A stretch of 64,000 nucleotides of DNA from a virus (IMGVR_UViG_3300036766_002280:54803-118802); one strand, 5' to 3'; positions 26,918 through 36,322 are shown, counted from the stretch's first letter. Numbers and translations are program-made. The notes: generated by a model not told the origin, from the letters alone.

Positions 26918-28546
26918 ATGATTATCGAGCTGAATAAAAATCTGATGAAGAAAGTCAAAGAGGCTTTCCAGAAAAATAAGTTGACTAAGGCTGTAGAGTA
27001 TCTGGAATATCGTGGGGATAGCTGGATAGTCGATGATAAAGTGGAACTGGAACATTCTCGACTGGAGAAAGAGGCTCTTCCCATTCTGTATGAGGTAGCA
27101 AAAGCTGATAATAATCGAAGTCTAATGATGCTCTTGACTACGCTCTTGAACGTAATTAAAGATCCAGTAAAAAGTAAAATTGGAAGTTTAAAGGCACTGG
27201 AACCTGGCTTGATCGAATACATCAAACAGGATGCTATTGATGGATGGTTATACCAAATGAATGAGGATGATATTCTGCTTCCGTATCTTGTCCGGGAAAT
27301 AGAATATCATGCTGGTACTGCCCGCTTACAGGAGTCTCCATTCGTTTCCATGTCCTTGTCTGCTAATATGGCTGAGAATAGGGATGGTGGGAAAAAGGAT
27401 TACAGATCTGCAATCTTGGTTTTTCGTGCGGATGATATTGTCCGTAAAACCATTCCAGAACTTCTTTCCGAAAAAAATTTTTTTAAAGAAACTCCGGAGC
27501 TAAAAAAGAATTATATGGAGCATTTTGAACTGTTCAAAAAATATCGTCCTATGTTTGGAAAACAGTTTTTTGCAGAAGGAAAAGGAACAATCGATGCTTC
27601 GATTTACTGGGATAGAAAGATAGTTGAATTTCCCGGGAACGAACCAATAAAAGTTATAAACGATGAAGAAATTATTGAACGAACTTTCAAGGAAGTAGTA
27701 GACAATAATTTCTGGACTGAATGTGGAGTGGAAGAAGGATTTGATCTCTATCCGTATCACTGTTATATTTATTCTTTTCACTTATCTTTGCATGAGCATA
27801 TTTGGGTTCATGTTAGCAGAATGAAACCTTACAAATACGATAAGTCCTTGAGAGAGAAGTTAGTTCTTCCTGATGACCACCGGGATCTGATTGAGGTTCT
27901 AACTATGGATATGGAAGTCTTACTGGACGATATTGTAAAAGGAAAATCAGGTGGTACGAGTATTCTTTGTGTTGGGGAACCTGGTCTTGGAAAAACGCTA
28001 ACGGCAGAAGTTTATTCAGAAGTTATCGGCCGACCTTTGTATCGAATTCATTCTGGACAGCTCGGTACTGGAGCAAAGGCGGTGGAAGAAAATCTGGAAA
28101 TCATTCTTAAACGTGCCGAAAGATGGGGAGCTGTTCTTCTTCTGGATGAGGCAGATGTTTACATTCGTGTTCGTGGAAATGATATTGAACATAATGCAGT
28201 GGTGGCTTCGTTTTTAAGGACGTTGGAATACTTTTCTGGGCTTATGTTTATGACCACTAACAGAGCGAATGACGTGGACGATGCCATTCAATCCCGATGC
28301 ATAGCTACAGTGAAGTATGAAATTCCTGATGCCGAGCATGCAAAAATGATTTGGAAAGTTTTATCTACTCAGTTTAAAATCGAATTGAGCTCGAAGTTGA
28401 TTGACGAACTAGTTAAAAAGTTTCCAAAGATTACTGGGCGGGATATCAAAGAGCTTTTGAAGTTAACATCGAAGTATGTTAGCAGGAAGGAGGTACCTTA
28501 TTCAGTTGAGGTGTTTCGCAAATGTGCCATGTTTCGAGGCATCTAA
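26918..28546 (+). CDS. AAA+ ATPase with N-terminal domain of unknown function
   Basis: Walker A VGEPGLGKT. Walker B LLLDEADV. Sensor-1 TTNR. Arg finger region SRC. Confidence 0.7.
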   Translation: MIIELNKNLMKKVKEAFQKNKLTKAVEYLEYRGDSWIVDDKVELEHSRLEKEALPILYEVAKADNNRSLMMLLTTLLNVIKDPVKSKIGSLKALEPGLIEYIKQDAIDGWLYQMNEDDILLPYLVREIEYHAGTARLQESPFVSMSLSANMAENRDGGKKDYRSAILVFRADDIVRKTIPELLSEKNFFKETPELKKNYMEHFELFKKYRPMFGKQFFAEGKGTIDASIYWDRKIVEFPGNEPIKVINDEEIIERTFKEVVDNNFWTECGVEEGFDLYPYHCYIYSFHLSLHEHIWVHVSRMKPYKYDKSLREKLVLPDDHRDLIEVLTMDMEVLLDDIVKGKSGGTSILCVGEPGLGKTLTAEVYSEVIGRPLYRIHSGQLGTGAKAVEENLEIILKRAERWGAVLLLDEADVYIRVRGNDIEHNAVVASFLRTLEYFSGLMFMTTNRANDVDDAIQSRCIATVKYEIPDAEHAKMIWKVLSTQFKIELSSKLIDELVKKFPKITGRDIKELLKLTSKYVSRKEVPYSVEVFRKCAMFRGI

Positions 28547-28689
28547 TGAAGTACCTAATGAAGAATGTCGAGAGGAATTGCCTCATAGAAAAGATTTGTT
28601 GGATAAAACTAAGAAGGTAAAAGTATCAGAGGATGTAAAGAAGTTTTTGGCTTACATAAAAACACCCAAAAAAGAATTGGAGGGTAAGA

Positions 28690-28898
28690 TGTCTGAAAAG
28701 TTAATTGAACGTGGAGCTACAGAAATTTTTAAATTCAATAAAGATGGTATTCGAGTAAGTTTCAAGGTGATCATAGCTAAGAAATCAAAGAAGAAAGACG
28801 TCTGGTTTTTTATTGATCAGCCAGGTAATAAAAAATTTAGGATCATGCAATGTCTTAGCTATGGTAAGTCATTACATGTCAATTTCAGAGAAGAATAG
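28690..28898 (+). CDS. hypothetical protein
   Basis: Strong RBS ggagggtaagATG. The upstream part of the 28476..28898 ORF overlaps the AAA gene. Confidence 0.4.
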
Positions 28899-28909
28899 GA
28901 GAAAACAAA

Positions 28910-29122
28910 ATGAGAAAATTTGGTCCAAAAACAGCTGATCATCCATCAGTAGGGGAACCATGTCCGGCTTGTAAAGTGTCATTCAAAGAAGGGGATTTTA
29001 CGACCCTTGTGGTTCTTGGTCCAGGCAATGATCCAGAGGAACAAACAAAAGCCAAAGAGGGAAGACCTTATAATGCAGTTGCAGTTGAAGTGCATTGGAA
29101 GTGTTCAGGAGGCATTGAATAA
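28910..29122 (+). CDS. hypothetical protein
   Basis: RBS aggagaaaacaaaATG. Confidence 0.45.
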   Translation: MRKFGPKTADHPSVGEPCPACKVSFKEGDFTTLVVLGPGNDPEEQTKAKEGRPYNAVAVEVHWKCSGGIE

Positions 29123-29123
29123 T

Positions 29124-29219
29124 ATGAACCAAGAAGAAGCCTACAAAGAAGTAGTTGAAATGTTATTAGAAAAACTGCCTTCTGTAGCAATCTTGCATAA
29201 AATGATGGGGGAAAGATGA
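29124..29219 (+). pseudogene. 5' gene fragment duplicating the start of the 29574 gene
   Basis: MNQEEAYKEVVEMLLEKLPSV is identical to the start of 29574..29966. It lies within an ~85-bp direct repeat (29096-29180 versus 29551-29635). Confidence 0.45.
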
Positions 29220-29530
29220 TGAAGACAACAAGTAAGATAATAATCACATTAATTATAGCAGTGGTGTTATTAGCAGGATTACCTACGCCGAGTAATGCTG
29301 CTGGGAAAGACCAGTATTCACGCCTACCTGATTTAAAAGAAGCTTCGTATTACTTGGTAGTTTATAGTCGCCCCCAAACTATTGGTATCCCAGATGATCA
29401 TAGATATGTTTTAGCAGGGCCTTTAGTCAACATAGGCGCTTGTGGTGAGCTGATGAGAGAATTTATACGCGCAGGACATCCAATCTATTTTTATGTTACT
29501 TGTGAAGATAGTTTAAAAAAGGAAAAATAG
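29216..29530 (+). CDS. secreted protein (signal peptide)
   Basis: KIIITLIIAVVLLAGLPTPSNAAG. Lies between the two copies of the 85-bp repeat. Confidence 0.5.
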   Translation: MMKTTSKIIITLIIAVVLLAGLPTPSNAAGKDQYSRLPDLKEASYYLVVYSRPQTIGIPDDHRYVLAGPLVNIGACGELMREFIRAGHPIYFYVTCEDSLKKEK

Positions 29531-29573
29531 AGATGAAACTAATTATTGAAACGTTCAGGAGGCATTGAATAAT

Positions 29574-29966
29574 ATGAACCAAGAAGAAGCCTACAAAGAA
29601 GTAGTTGAAATGTTATTAGAAAAACTGCCTTCTGTTGTGCAAAAAGTTATCACAATAAGAGGAATGGACCAAAGATGGTTTTTAGACGAATATGATTTGA
29701 ACCAAACCAGCATATCATTAAAACTTATTCGTCCAAGTTATGGCAGTGGTTGTGAGGAAGATTGCGAGTATATCTATGTTCCAGCTTCAGTTTTGTGGGA
29801 TGATAATTGGACAGTAGAATACGAACAAAAATTTAAGTTGGAAGTAGAAAAACAACAAAAAGAAAGTCAAAGACAGAAGCAGACACTTGCCGCTGAAGAA
29901 ATACGGAAAGAGAAAAAAGAGTACGAACGATTAAAAAAGCGATTTGAAAGCGATCCTACGACATAG
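29574..29966 (+). CDS. hypothetical protein with Lys/Glu-rich C-terminus
   Basis: RBS ggaggcattgaataatATG (duplicated in the repeat). Confidence 0.5.
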   Translation: MNQEEAYKEVVEMLLEKLPSVVQKVITIRGMDQRWFLDEYDLNQTSISLKLIRPSYGSGCEEDCEYIYVPASVLWDDNWTVEYEQKFKLEVEKQQKESQRQKQTLAAEEIRKEKKEYERLKKRFESDPTT

Positions 29967-29979
29967 GAGAGGAGAGTCT

Positions 29980-30228
29980 ATGGCATATCCACCACCTTAT
30001 TTGATTTTCTGGGAGAAAACTAAAAACTGGGCAGGAGTTACTCATTACAATTTTGTTAGTGGAAGATGGGTTTTTAAGGTTGAAGCCCTTTTCTCTATCT
30101 GGCATTGGTCTGTCTACCAAATGGATAAAAAAGGGCATCAAAAGTTTGGTGCTTCTGGGGATGCCTTTACATCAAGCAAAGCAAAGAATATGGCAGAAAC
30201 AGTATTTCGGCTTTACACAGAAAAATAA
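29980..30228 (+). CDS. hypothetical protein
   Basis: RBS ggagaggagagtctATG. Confidence 0.4.
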   Translation: MAYPPPYLIFWEKTKNWAGVTHYNFVSGRWVFKVEALFSIWHWSVYQMDKKGHQKFGASGDAFTSSKAKNMAETVFRLYTEK

Positions 30229-30271
30229 CTACTCCCTCCTAATTTGGATTAAAACTTAGTTAATTTTGTCC

Positions 30272-30300
30272 TTGATTTTTGATTCCAGTTATATTATAAT
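30272..30300 (+). promoter_or_regulatory. repeated consensus promoter cassette copy
   Basis: ttgatt at 30272-77 and tataat at 30295-300. Confidence 0.6.
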
Positions 30301-30332
30301 ATAGTTAAATAAATATTTGATTGGAGCCAACA

Positions 30333-30557
30333 ATGAATTTTGAAATACGACCAACTAAAAAGGTAACCCTGTACTCAGTAGTTTCCAAAACGAGTGAAGG
30401 AAATATAATGGTTGTTGATGGATTAACCAAAATGCAGGCATCGCTGGCTTGTAAGAAAATAAACGTAGTTCTAAAGGAAGCAGTCAAGGAAGCTAAGGCA
30501 AAGCAGAAGAAGATCTATACGGCACAGCCTACGAAGTTTAAAAGAGTGGAGGAGTAA
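30333..30557 (+). CDS. hypothetical protein
   Basis: ATG after ttggagccaacaATG. Confidence 0.45.
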   Translation: MNFEIRPTKKVTLYSVVSKTSEGNIMVVDGLTKMQASLACKKINVVLKEAVKEAKAKQKKIYTAQPTKFKRVEE

Positions 30558-30558
30558 G

Positions 30559-30831
30559 ATGAAGAATTGGTTACGTAATCTACTAAGTGCGGGCAAGAAT
30601 AAATTTGAACTTTCTTTTTGTGAAAGTAGCTTAGCAACTTCTATCTCAAAATGGCATATCAGGGAACTAACAAGGGAAGGTAGAAAACCAGGTGGTGGGG
30701 CGGATTCTACCGCCTTGTGTGGCAGGAAAGTTGATTGGGATTTGAATGTTAAACTGACAGAATTCCATCTTGAAAATAATACGTGCAGCAAATGTCAAAA
30801 TGAATTCAAACTAAAAATGAATGTTAAATAA
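30559..30831 (+). CDS. hypothetical Cys-containing protein
   Basis: RBS gagtggaggagtaagATG. Contains CGRK...CSKCQNEF. Confidence 0.45.
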   Translation: MKNWLRNLLSAGKNKFELSFCESSLATSISKWHIRELTREGRKPGGGADSTALCGRKVDWDLNVKLTEFHLENNTCSKCQNEFKLKMNVK

Positions 30832-30841
30832 GGAGGATACC

Positions 30842-31141
30842 ATGAGCAACATGCAAAAAGACAAGGAACAACTGCTTCGAGATCAACTTGCAGTGCTAAA
30901 AATTAAAGAGACTAAAATAGAAAATCAGATTAAGAACGAGAAAAGGAAAAAACGAGAGCAGGAAGAACTGATGAGAGAGAAAGAGATTCAGGATTTTAAA
31001 AAGGAACTTGAAAGGTCCTGTGGAACTGTTGGACACCCCAAAGCTGATCTGCTTTTTGAAAAAGCATGGGATAGAGGTGAATCTGAAGGGTTCCATAGTG
31101 TGAAAGAAGTGTACGAAGATCTTTCTGAACTGCTGGTATGA
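30842..31141 (+). CDS. coiled-coil protein
   Basis: RBS taaggaggataccATG. Confidence 0.45.
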   Translation: MSNMQKDKEQLLRDQLAVLKIKETKIENQIKNEKRKKREQEELMREKEIQDFKKELERSCGTVGHPKADLLFEKAWDRGESEGFHSVKEVYEDLSELLV

Positions 31142-31161
31142 AACAATTAAAGGAGGATAAA

Positions 31162-31626
31162 ATGGAAAGGGAAATTCCGAATACGTTACAGGCTCATTTG
31201 TATCTTCATTGTGGAAAATGTCTAAACGAATTACCAAAAGGTATTTCAGCAAGAGAATACTCTCAGCTTGAAGTAGGTTATACTAAGCTAGGTTTTCAAG
31301 TATGGTGCAGGCGTCATGAATGTAATGTTATGCACGTTGATTTCCAAGGACAAACTCATCCTGCAAATTTAACAGCAGCGGATGGATCCAAAGCAAAAGA
31401 AAGGAAAGGAAAAATGATAAACAAAGTTAAAAAGGAAAAGTTAAGTACTTTTGAGCTGATCACAAATCAAATGATTGAAAAGTCAAAAGAGAATTTTGAA
31501 AGGGCTAAAGGAATCGATAACTATGGGGATATGGCCTTCTTGGACGGTCTTATTCATGGGTATGAACAGGGTCTTGTCAATTACGAAATTGATTGTAACG
31601 AGCGTGTCAAAGAAGCGAAGGTATGA
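31162..31626 (+). CDS. hypothetical protein
   Basis: RBS aaggaggataaaATG. Confidence 0.45.
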   Translation: MEREIPNTLQAHLYLHCGKCLNELPKGISAREYSQLEVGYTKLGFQVWCRRHECNVMHVDFQGQTHPANLTAADGSKAKERKGKMINKVKKEKLSTFELITNQMIEKSKENFERAKGIDNYGDMAFLDGLIHGYEQGLVNYEIDCNERVKEAKV

Positions 31627-31670
31627 CTTACTTTAAGGTCTTAGTTACCACTTAACAGGAGGAAATCAAA

Positions 31671-32315
31671 ATGGGATATCGAACGGGAACGTATAACGAG
31701 GAACTTCGTGAGAATATGAACAAGGCTTTTAATGATATGAGGAAAGTTGGATTTATTGCAAGGCAAGATTTTTCTTGTTGCCAGAGCTGTGCTGGATCTG
31801 AACTTGCAAGGGAAGCCGCTAAACGAGTTCAAGCAGGCAAGACAGTAAATGGGGTGGTTTATTACCATCACCAGGATGCCGAGGGAAGAAACGAGGGAAG
31901 AAACTTTTATCTTGCTTACGGAGAGGTGGATTCAGATAAAATTGGTAAGATCAGAATGGATACGAAGACAGTTGGAGAACGAGTTTGTGAGATTCTGAAG
32001 AAGCATAACGTGCCTTTTGAATGGGATGGAACTTCTAAATCTAGAATTTTAATAACTCAAAAAACCTTTGTGTCTGCTAAACTAACAGAAGCAATGTCGG
32101 ATACAATAAGTGAAGTAAAAATGGCATTTGGGAAACCGGTTTGTAAATTGGTTGGAGAAGATGGAAATGTCTTTAGTATTATCGGAAGGGTTTCGCAGGC
32201 TTTGAAAAGAGCCAACCAGAGAGAAAAGGCGGCTGAGTTTGTTGATAAAGCTACCCATAGCAAAAGTTATGATGCTGTTTTAGCTCTCTGTTTCGACTAT
32301 GTAGAAGTAAGGTAA
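31671..32315 (+). CDS. hypothetical protein
   Basis: RBS aggaggaaatcaaaATG. Confidence 0.5.
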   Translation: MGYRTGTYNEELRENMNKAFNDMRKVGFIARQDFSCCQSCAGSELAREAAKRVQAGKTVNGVVYYHHQDAEGRNEGRNFYLAYGEVDSDKIGKIRMDTKTVGERVCEILKKHNVPFEWDGTSKSRILITQKTFVSAKLTEAMSDTISEVKMAFGKPVCKLVGEDGNVFSIIGRVSQALKRANQREKAAEFVDKATHSKSYDAVLALCFDYVEVR

Positions 32316-32323
32316 TTTTGACC

Positions 32324-32352
32324 TTGATTTTTATTTCTAGTTATATTATAAT
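32324..32352 (+). promoter_or_regulatory. repeated consensus promoter cassette copy
   Basis: ttgatt at 32324-29 and tataat at 32347-52. Confidence 0.55.
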
Positions 32353-32383
32353 ATAGTTAAATAATTAATTGGAGGAAATTAAG

Positions 32384-32653
32384 ATGATGACCAATGAGCA
32401 AGAAACGAAAATGTTTGGGGAAACGGTAGAAGAAATGTTGAAAAATAAAAAGGACTATCTTGGTAATTCAGAATATGCCATGATGATTCTAAGCGATGCT
32501 AAATCAGTTCTTAAGTCGTTTGAAGACAAGGAACGGGCTCGTCAATACATTAACAAGGCAAAATATTTCATACATCTTGATATGGTGCAAGATAGGGAAC
32601 TTCAAGATTGGATGAGTAAAGCAAATAGTCTTATCAGTAGTGGTAAGAGGTAG
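32384..32653 (+). CDS. hypothetical protein
   Basis: ATG 7 nt after the cassette RBS ggagga. Confidence 0.45.
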   Translation: MMTNEQETKMFGETVEEMLKNKKDYLGNSEYAMMILSDAKSVLKSFEDKERARQYINKAKYFIHLDMVQDRELQDWMSKANSLISSGKR

Positions 32654-32698
32654 TAAATAATAACAATCTAACAATCAAACGAAACGAAGGAGAACAAA

Positions 32699-33124
32699 AT
32701 GAAAATATTTATGATTATCTTTACGATGACTTTATTGGTTGGCTGTGGATCAACCAAAACGAACTTGATCACAATGGATAATAATGCTCCTGACGTTGTC
32801 AAGTCCGTCAACGATTTTCCGAAACAGAGTTTAACGGCGAGTGAAGTTTCAAAGAATGGGTATATTCGGATTATCTCTCGTTCAGCCAGTGGTCAAGAAC
32901 CTTATTCAGCTTTAGAAGCGGCTAGGATAGAAGCTCAGAAGAATGTTCTGGCTACCTTGAAAGGCGGATCGATTGAAGCTACTGAGCTGGTCAATACTGG
33001 GGTTCTTACAGAAGATCAGGTCAAGAGAATTATATCTGGCAACGTTCGGACTTTTGATTGTGGAGCTTTCTACGACCAAATGACCCGTACTGGCTATGCT
33101 TGCATGGAACTTCCGCTGAAGTAA
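32699..33124 (+). CDS. lipoprotein
   Basis: Lipobox LLVGCGS. Confidence 0.5.
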   Translation: MKIFMIIFTMTLLVGCGSTKTNLITMDNNAPDVVKSVNDFPKQSLTASEVSKNGYIRIISRSASGQEPYSALEAARIEAQKNVLATLKGGSIEATELVNTGVLTEDQVKRIISGNVRTFDCGAFYDQMTRTGYACMELPLK

Positions 33125-33201
33125 CTTCCTGGGGCTGCCGAGTGGTTCGGGATAAGTGGGAGTTCAACTCTCCCCAGCCCTCTTACAAAGGAGAAACGGA
33201 A

Positions 33202-33291
33202 ATGAGTAAAAATGATATAGCAAAGGAATGGTTCAAGGTATGGGTATTATTAGCCTTTGCTGGATTTTTGGTAATCCTAAAGTGGTATTAG
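33202..33291 (+). CDS. small membrane peptide (29 aa)
   Basis: RBS aaaggagaaacggaaATG. Confidence 0.25.
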   Translation: MSKNDIAKEWFKVWVLLAFAGFLVILKWY

Positions 33292-33316
33292 TGTTCACTG
33301 TAACAAGGAGGGTAAA

Positions 33317-33685
33317 ATGAAAATCTACGAAGGAAGTCGTGCCAATCCAGAAGAAGAAACAGCATCAGACGTACTTGTAACAGTTAATGGAAATCCTCTT
33401 AGTCCAGCTCCTTCATTAAAGATTGTTAACCACTCTCCGACAGGATTTGCATGGGGTTATTATGGCAGCGGACCGGCTCAACTGGCTTTGGCAATTTTGC
33501 TAGATTGCATGGAGGACAAAGATATTGCCACAAGGTATTATCAAGATTTCAAATCCGAGGTCGTATCCCAGTTTGGGGATAAATGGAAAATTACCGAAGC
33601 AGAGATACAAGATTTTTTATTCAGTAAAATAAAAATACCAAACTTAAACTCAAACGCACCATCAAATGAAGGAGATCTATCATGA
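33317..33685 (+). CDS. hypothetical protein
   Basis: RBS aaggagggtaaaATG. Confidence 0.5.
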   Translation: MKIYEGSRANPEEETASDVLVTVNGNPLSPAPSLKIVNHSPTGFAWGYYGSGPAQLALAILLDCMEDKDIATRYYQDFKSEVVSQFGDKWKITEAEIQDFLFSKIKIPNLNSNAPSNEGDLS

Positions 33686-33855
33686 AGAGACTGTTAATAT
33701 CGTCCATGTTGATTCTTACTCTCTTAGTCATCGGAGGAGAATTTCAGATTACTATCGTAAAAGTTAAAATCTTGACCCAGAAGATGGTCAGTATTGTCCT
33801 TCCTGAAGTTCACAAACTAGCTCAGCAGGCGGAGGAGATTTCAAATGGAAAATGA
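33682..33855 (+). CDS. small signal/membrane peptide (57 aa)
   Basis: MKRLLISSMLILTLLVIGG. Confidence 0.3.
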   Translation: MKRLLISSMLILTLLVIGGEFQITIVKVKILTQKMVSIVLPEVHKLAQQAEEISNGK

Positions 33856-34891
33856 TATTACGTTTACTATCGATGATCTAGTTATAGGTATAGAATACGA
33901 ACCTCAATTTACTTTTTTGAGGTATCCAAACCATAGGGTAGATTTTGTTGAAAATGATCATGTTGTATCGAAGTCGGCTGATCGGTTTGTAGCTGATTTC
34001 GTAATGGAACCACGATCTATTTTGCCTATAGTTATAATAGCAGTCAATACAAAAGTTATAATAGCAGTCAATACAAACTATTACCCACGATACATACAAT
34101 TGGACGGAAAAGTAAGAAAACTATTTAGAAATATCTCTGTAGATAGAACAAATTTGGAAATAAAAACTAACCCTACCTGTTTGAGGAATCTTCGTTTTGA
34201 AATTGAAGCTGCTGATCTTTGTCTACAAGATTATACTGTTATGCTTAAACAAAATGTTGGATCTACAGGAATTTTTTTTCCTCGATCAAGATTATGCTTA
34301 GAGGAGATGGTAGTTGTTCCTATTGAAAGTTCTAATTATATGTATCGCTTTAGCTTAGACAAGAGACGTATAGCACTTGATTCAAAGCCAGTGCTTATAA
34401 AACCTTTTATTAAGACTAGTTACCGCAAGTTCGAATTAGGTAAGTTCACTCCATCGAAACATGTTAACATTTCTTTTGAGCGTTACAGAAATAGAAGAAT
34501 TAAAGCATGGACAGGAGTTAATAATACTTCTTATCGAGGGATTCTTTTTAAAAACATTACTGGCTCTATTCATGGAAGACTCCACCTCACAGTGCCATAT
34601 AATTTTACAGATTATGAAGGATTAGCAAACGTAGTGGTGGATTGTGCTAACAATGGTCTGTTTGATAATGTACATCATTCTGAATGCCATTCTCAAAAGA
34701 ATTACGAGTTTTTAGATCCTAATTTTAATTTTAATCTGGAAAAGGTGAACGAAGTATCTATGTTTACATCGTATGAGGTGATATCAGCATTTCTTGCTGA
34801 ATGGTGGAATAACAATCCAATGCTCGCTCCAATTCATTTAGGGTTTGTTGGTAGGCCTGGAAAGTATAGACAGGTAACTAAATTGCTTTAA
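33845..34891 (+). CDS. hypothetical protein
   Basis: 348-aa ORF. Contains an exact 21-bp tandem duplication at 34035-34076 (VIIAVNTK/VIIAVNTN). Confidence 0.5.
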   Translation: MENDITFTIDDLVIGIEYEPQFTFLRYPNHRVDFVENDHVVSKSADRFVADFVMEPRSILPIVIIAVNTKVIIAVNTNYYPRYIQLDGKVRKLFRNISVDRTNLEIKTNPTCLRNLRFEIEAADLCLQDYTVMLKQNVGSTGIFFPRSRLCLEEMVVVPIESSNYMYRFSLDKRRIALDSKPVLIKPFIKTSYRKFELGKFTPSKHVNISFERYRNRRIKAWTGVNNTSYRGILFKNITGSIHGRLHLTVPYNFTDYEGLANVVVDCANNGLFDNVHHSECHSQKNYEFLDPNFNFNLEKVNEVSMFTSYEVISAFLAEWWNNNPMLAPIHLGFVGRPGKYRQVTKLL

Positions 34892-34904
34892 TAAATTTTT
34901 GATA

Positions 34905-34931
34905 TTGATTTTTTATTTTTTATATTATAAT
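34905..34931 (+). promoter_or_regulatory. sigma70-like promoter (cassette variant)
   Basis: ttgatt at 34905-10 and tataat at 34926-31, with a 15-bp spacer. Confidence 0.35.
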
Positions 34932-35176
34932 ATATAGCAATGAATCAAACAAAAGCTAGAATTCAGGAACTTTTGGAAACCATGGACGTACCAAAAGAAA
35001 GAAAAACTGATTATTGTTGGCTTTTAGGAAATGTTGGAATTCGAAATTCTGACCATCCGAATTTTAGTGAAATTCGTATTCTACTAGTTGGAGTAATTCG
35101 TTCAGGCATAAAGTAGCATCACGTATCAATCATGGTTTAAAAATCGCATATATAAACTTAAAAGGAGGAATAATAC

Positions 35177-35482
35177 ATGGTTAGACCAGTTTCTAAAATC
35201 TTTAAAGGCAGGCAACGTTATTGTGATCAGTGTGGAAAGAGGTACTTGAGAAGGAACCTAGAGGAACGTTGGTTTTGTGACGTTGATCTTAAACTTTGGG
35301 TTAAACGAATAATTAAAGTCTGCATGACCTGCAGTCACCTGAAAGGAGTAAAGCATGTTAGTAGTGAATTTGATAGACCGGCTTGGAGCGATACGACAAA
35401 GATTAGCGAACATCTCCATTACAGTCGCTCAGTTAGTAGGGGAAGTGGATCTGGTGGGACAGGAACTGGCAACACTAAGTAG
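35177..35482 (+). CDS. zinc-finger protein
   Basis: RBS aaaaggaggaataatacATG. Contains CDQCGK...CMTCSH. Confidence 0.45.
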   Translation: MVRPVSKIFKGRQRYCDQCGKRYLRRNLEERWFCDVDLKLWVKRIIKVCMTCSHLKGVKHVSSEFDRPAWSDTTKISEHLHYSRSVSRGSGSGGTGTGNTK

Positions 35483-35567
35483 CTCAGGTCCGCCTATACC
35501 ACAAATTATTCAGTCAGAGTGGAAAGACCTGCCAAAAAATCGTAGTCGTAAAAAAGTTAAAGCTAAA

Positions 35568-35834
35568 ATGGTTTCTTGTCCAAAATGCGATTATGAAGGT
35601 CCATCAAGGGATGCCTTATGGCAGCACAAGAAGACGCACCATCCTGAGACAATCCAATCTAAGAAAAAGAAAAACTGGAAACCTCGTAAGTTTTCTGTTA
35701 AGAAGATTCAAAAAATTATGGAGGACGCAAAAACTTTATCTACGAAAGACGTTTGTAAAAAGTTTAAGGTAGCTCCTTACAATATCTATCGTTGGAAAAA
35801 ACAAGTTGAAAATGGAATAACTTTAACTCATTGA
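35568..35834 (+). CDS. C2H2-like zinc-finger / HTH protein
   Basis: CPKCDYEG...HKKTHH, then a helix-turn-helix-like YNIYRWKKQ. The upstream in-frame part (35355-) overlaps the previous gene. Confidence 0.35.
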   Translation: MVSCPKCDYEGPSRDALWQHKKTHHPETIQSKKKKNWKPRKFSVKKIQKIMEDAKTLSTKDVCKKFKVAPYNIYRWKKQVENGITLTH

Positions 35835-36322
35835 AAAAAGAACTAGGATATCCTAAAAAAAAGATAGGATTTACTGGAACTCGATCGGGATTGACAAGGG
35901 ATCAATTCAACTCTCTTTTTAGTCTTTTGACTGAGAAGGGAGTTGAAGAGTTTCATCATGGGGATTGTATCGGAGCGGATGCCCGAGTACACCACTTAAT
36001 TGTCGATCATTTTCCCGATTGTAAAATAATTATTCACCCACCAAAAGATTCTAAGTATAGAGCTTTTTGTTGGGATGAGAAAAAAGCTCACTTAAAGTTG
36101 TGTGACCTTCGTCCTGAAAAGGATTATCTGGAACGCAATCAAGATATCGTGGATGAATGTGATATCTTGATTGCCACTCCAAAAGAGGTAAAAGAAGTAC
36201 TGCGCAGCGGAACTTGGTCTACCGTTAGATACGCTTCTAAAGTAGGTAAATCATCGATTATTGTCTACCCTGACGGGAGTATCTCAAAAGAGAGAGTTAG
36301 AACAGTTCGATGGGTTGATTAA
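35831..36322 (+). CDS. SLOG/DprA-like Rossmann-fold protein (DUF2493-like)
   Basis: GFTGTRSGLT...HHGDCIGADA resembles SLOG/LOG family motifs. TTG start overlaps the upstream TGA. Confidence 0.35.
   Translation: MKKELGYPKKKIGFTGTRSGLTRDQFNSLFSLLTEKGVEEFHHGDCIGADARVHHLIVDHFPDCKIIIHPPKDSKYRAFCWDEKKAHLKLCDLRPEKDYLERNQDIVDECDILIATPKEVKEVLRSGTWSTVRYASKVGKSSIIVYPDGSISKERVRTVRWVD

Noticed and set aside
28476-28689. N-terminal extension of the 28476..28898 ORF
   Set aside because: Overlaps the AAA ATPase gene by 70 nt with no RBS. The strong RBS at 28676-28681 supports a start at 28690.
29007-29219. 70-aa ORF overlapping 28910-29122
   Set aside because: An out-of-frame overlap with a better-supported gene. 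Its 3' end is the duplicated gene-start fragment.
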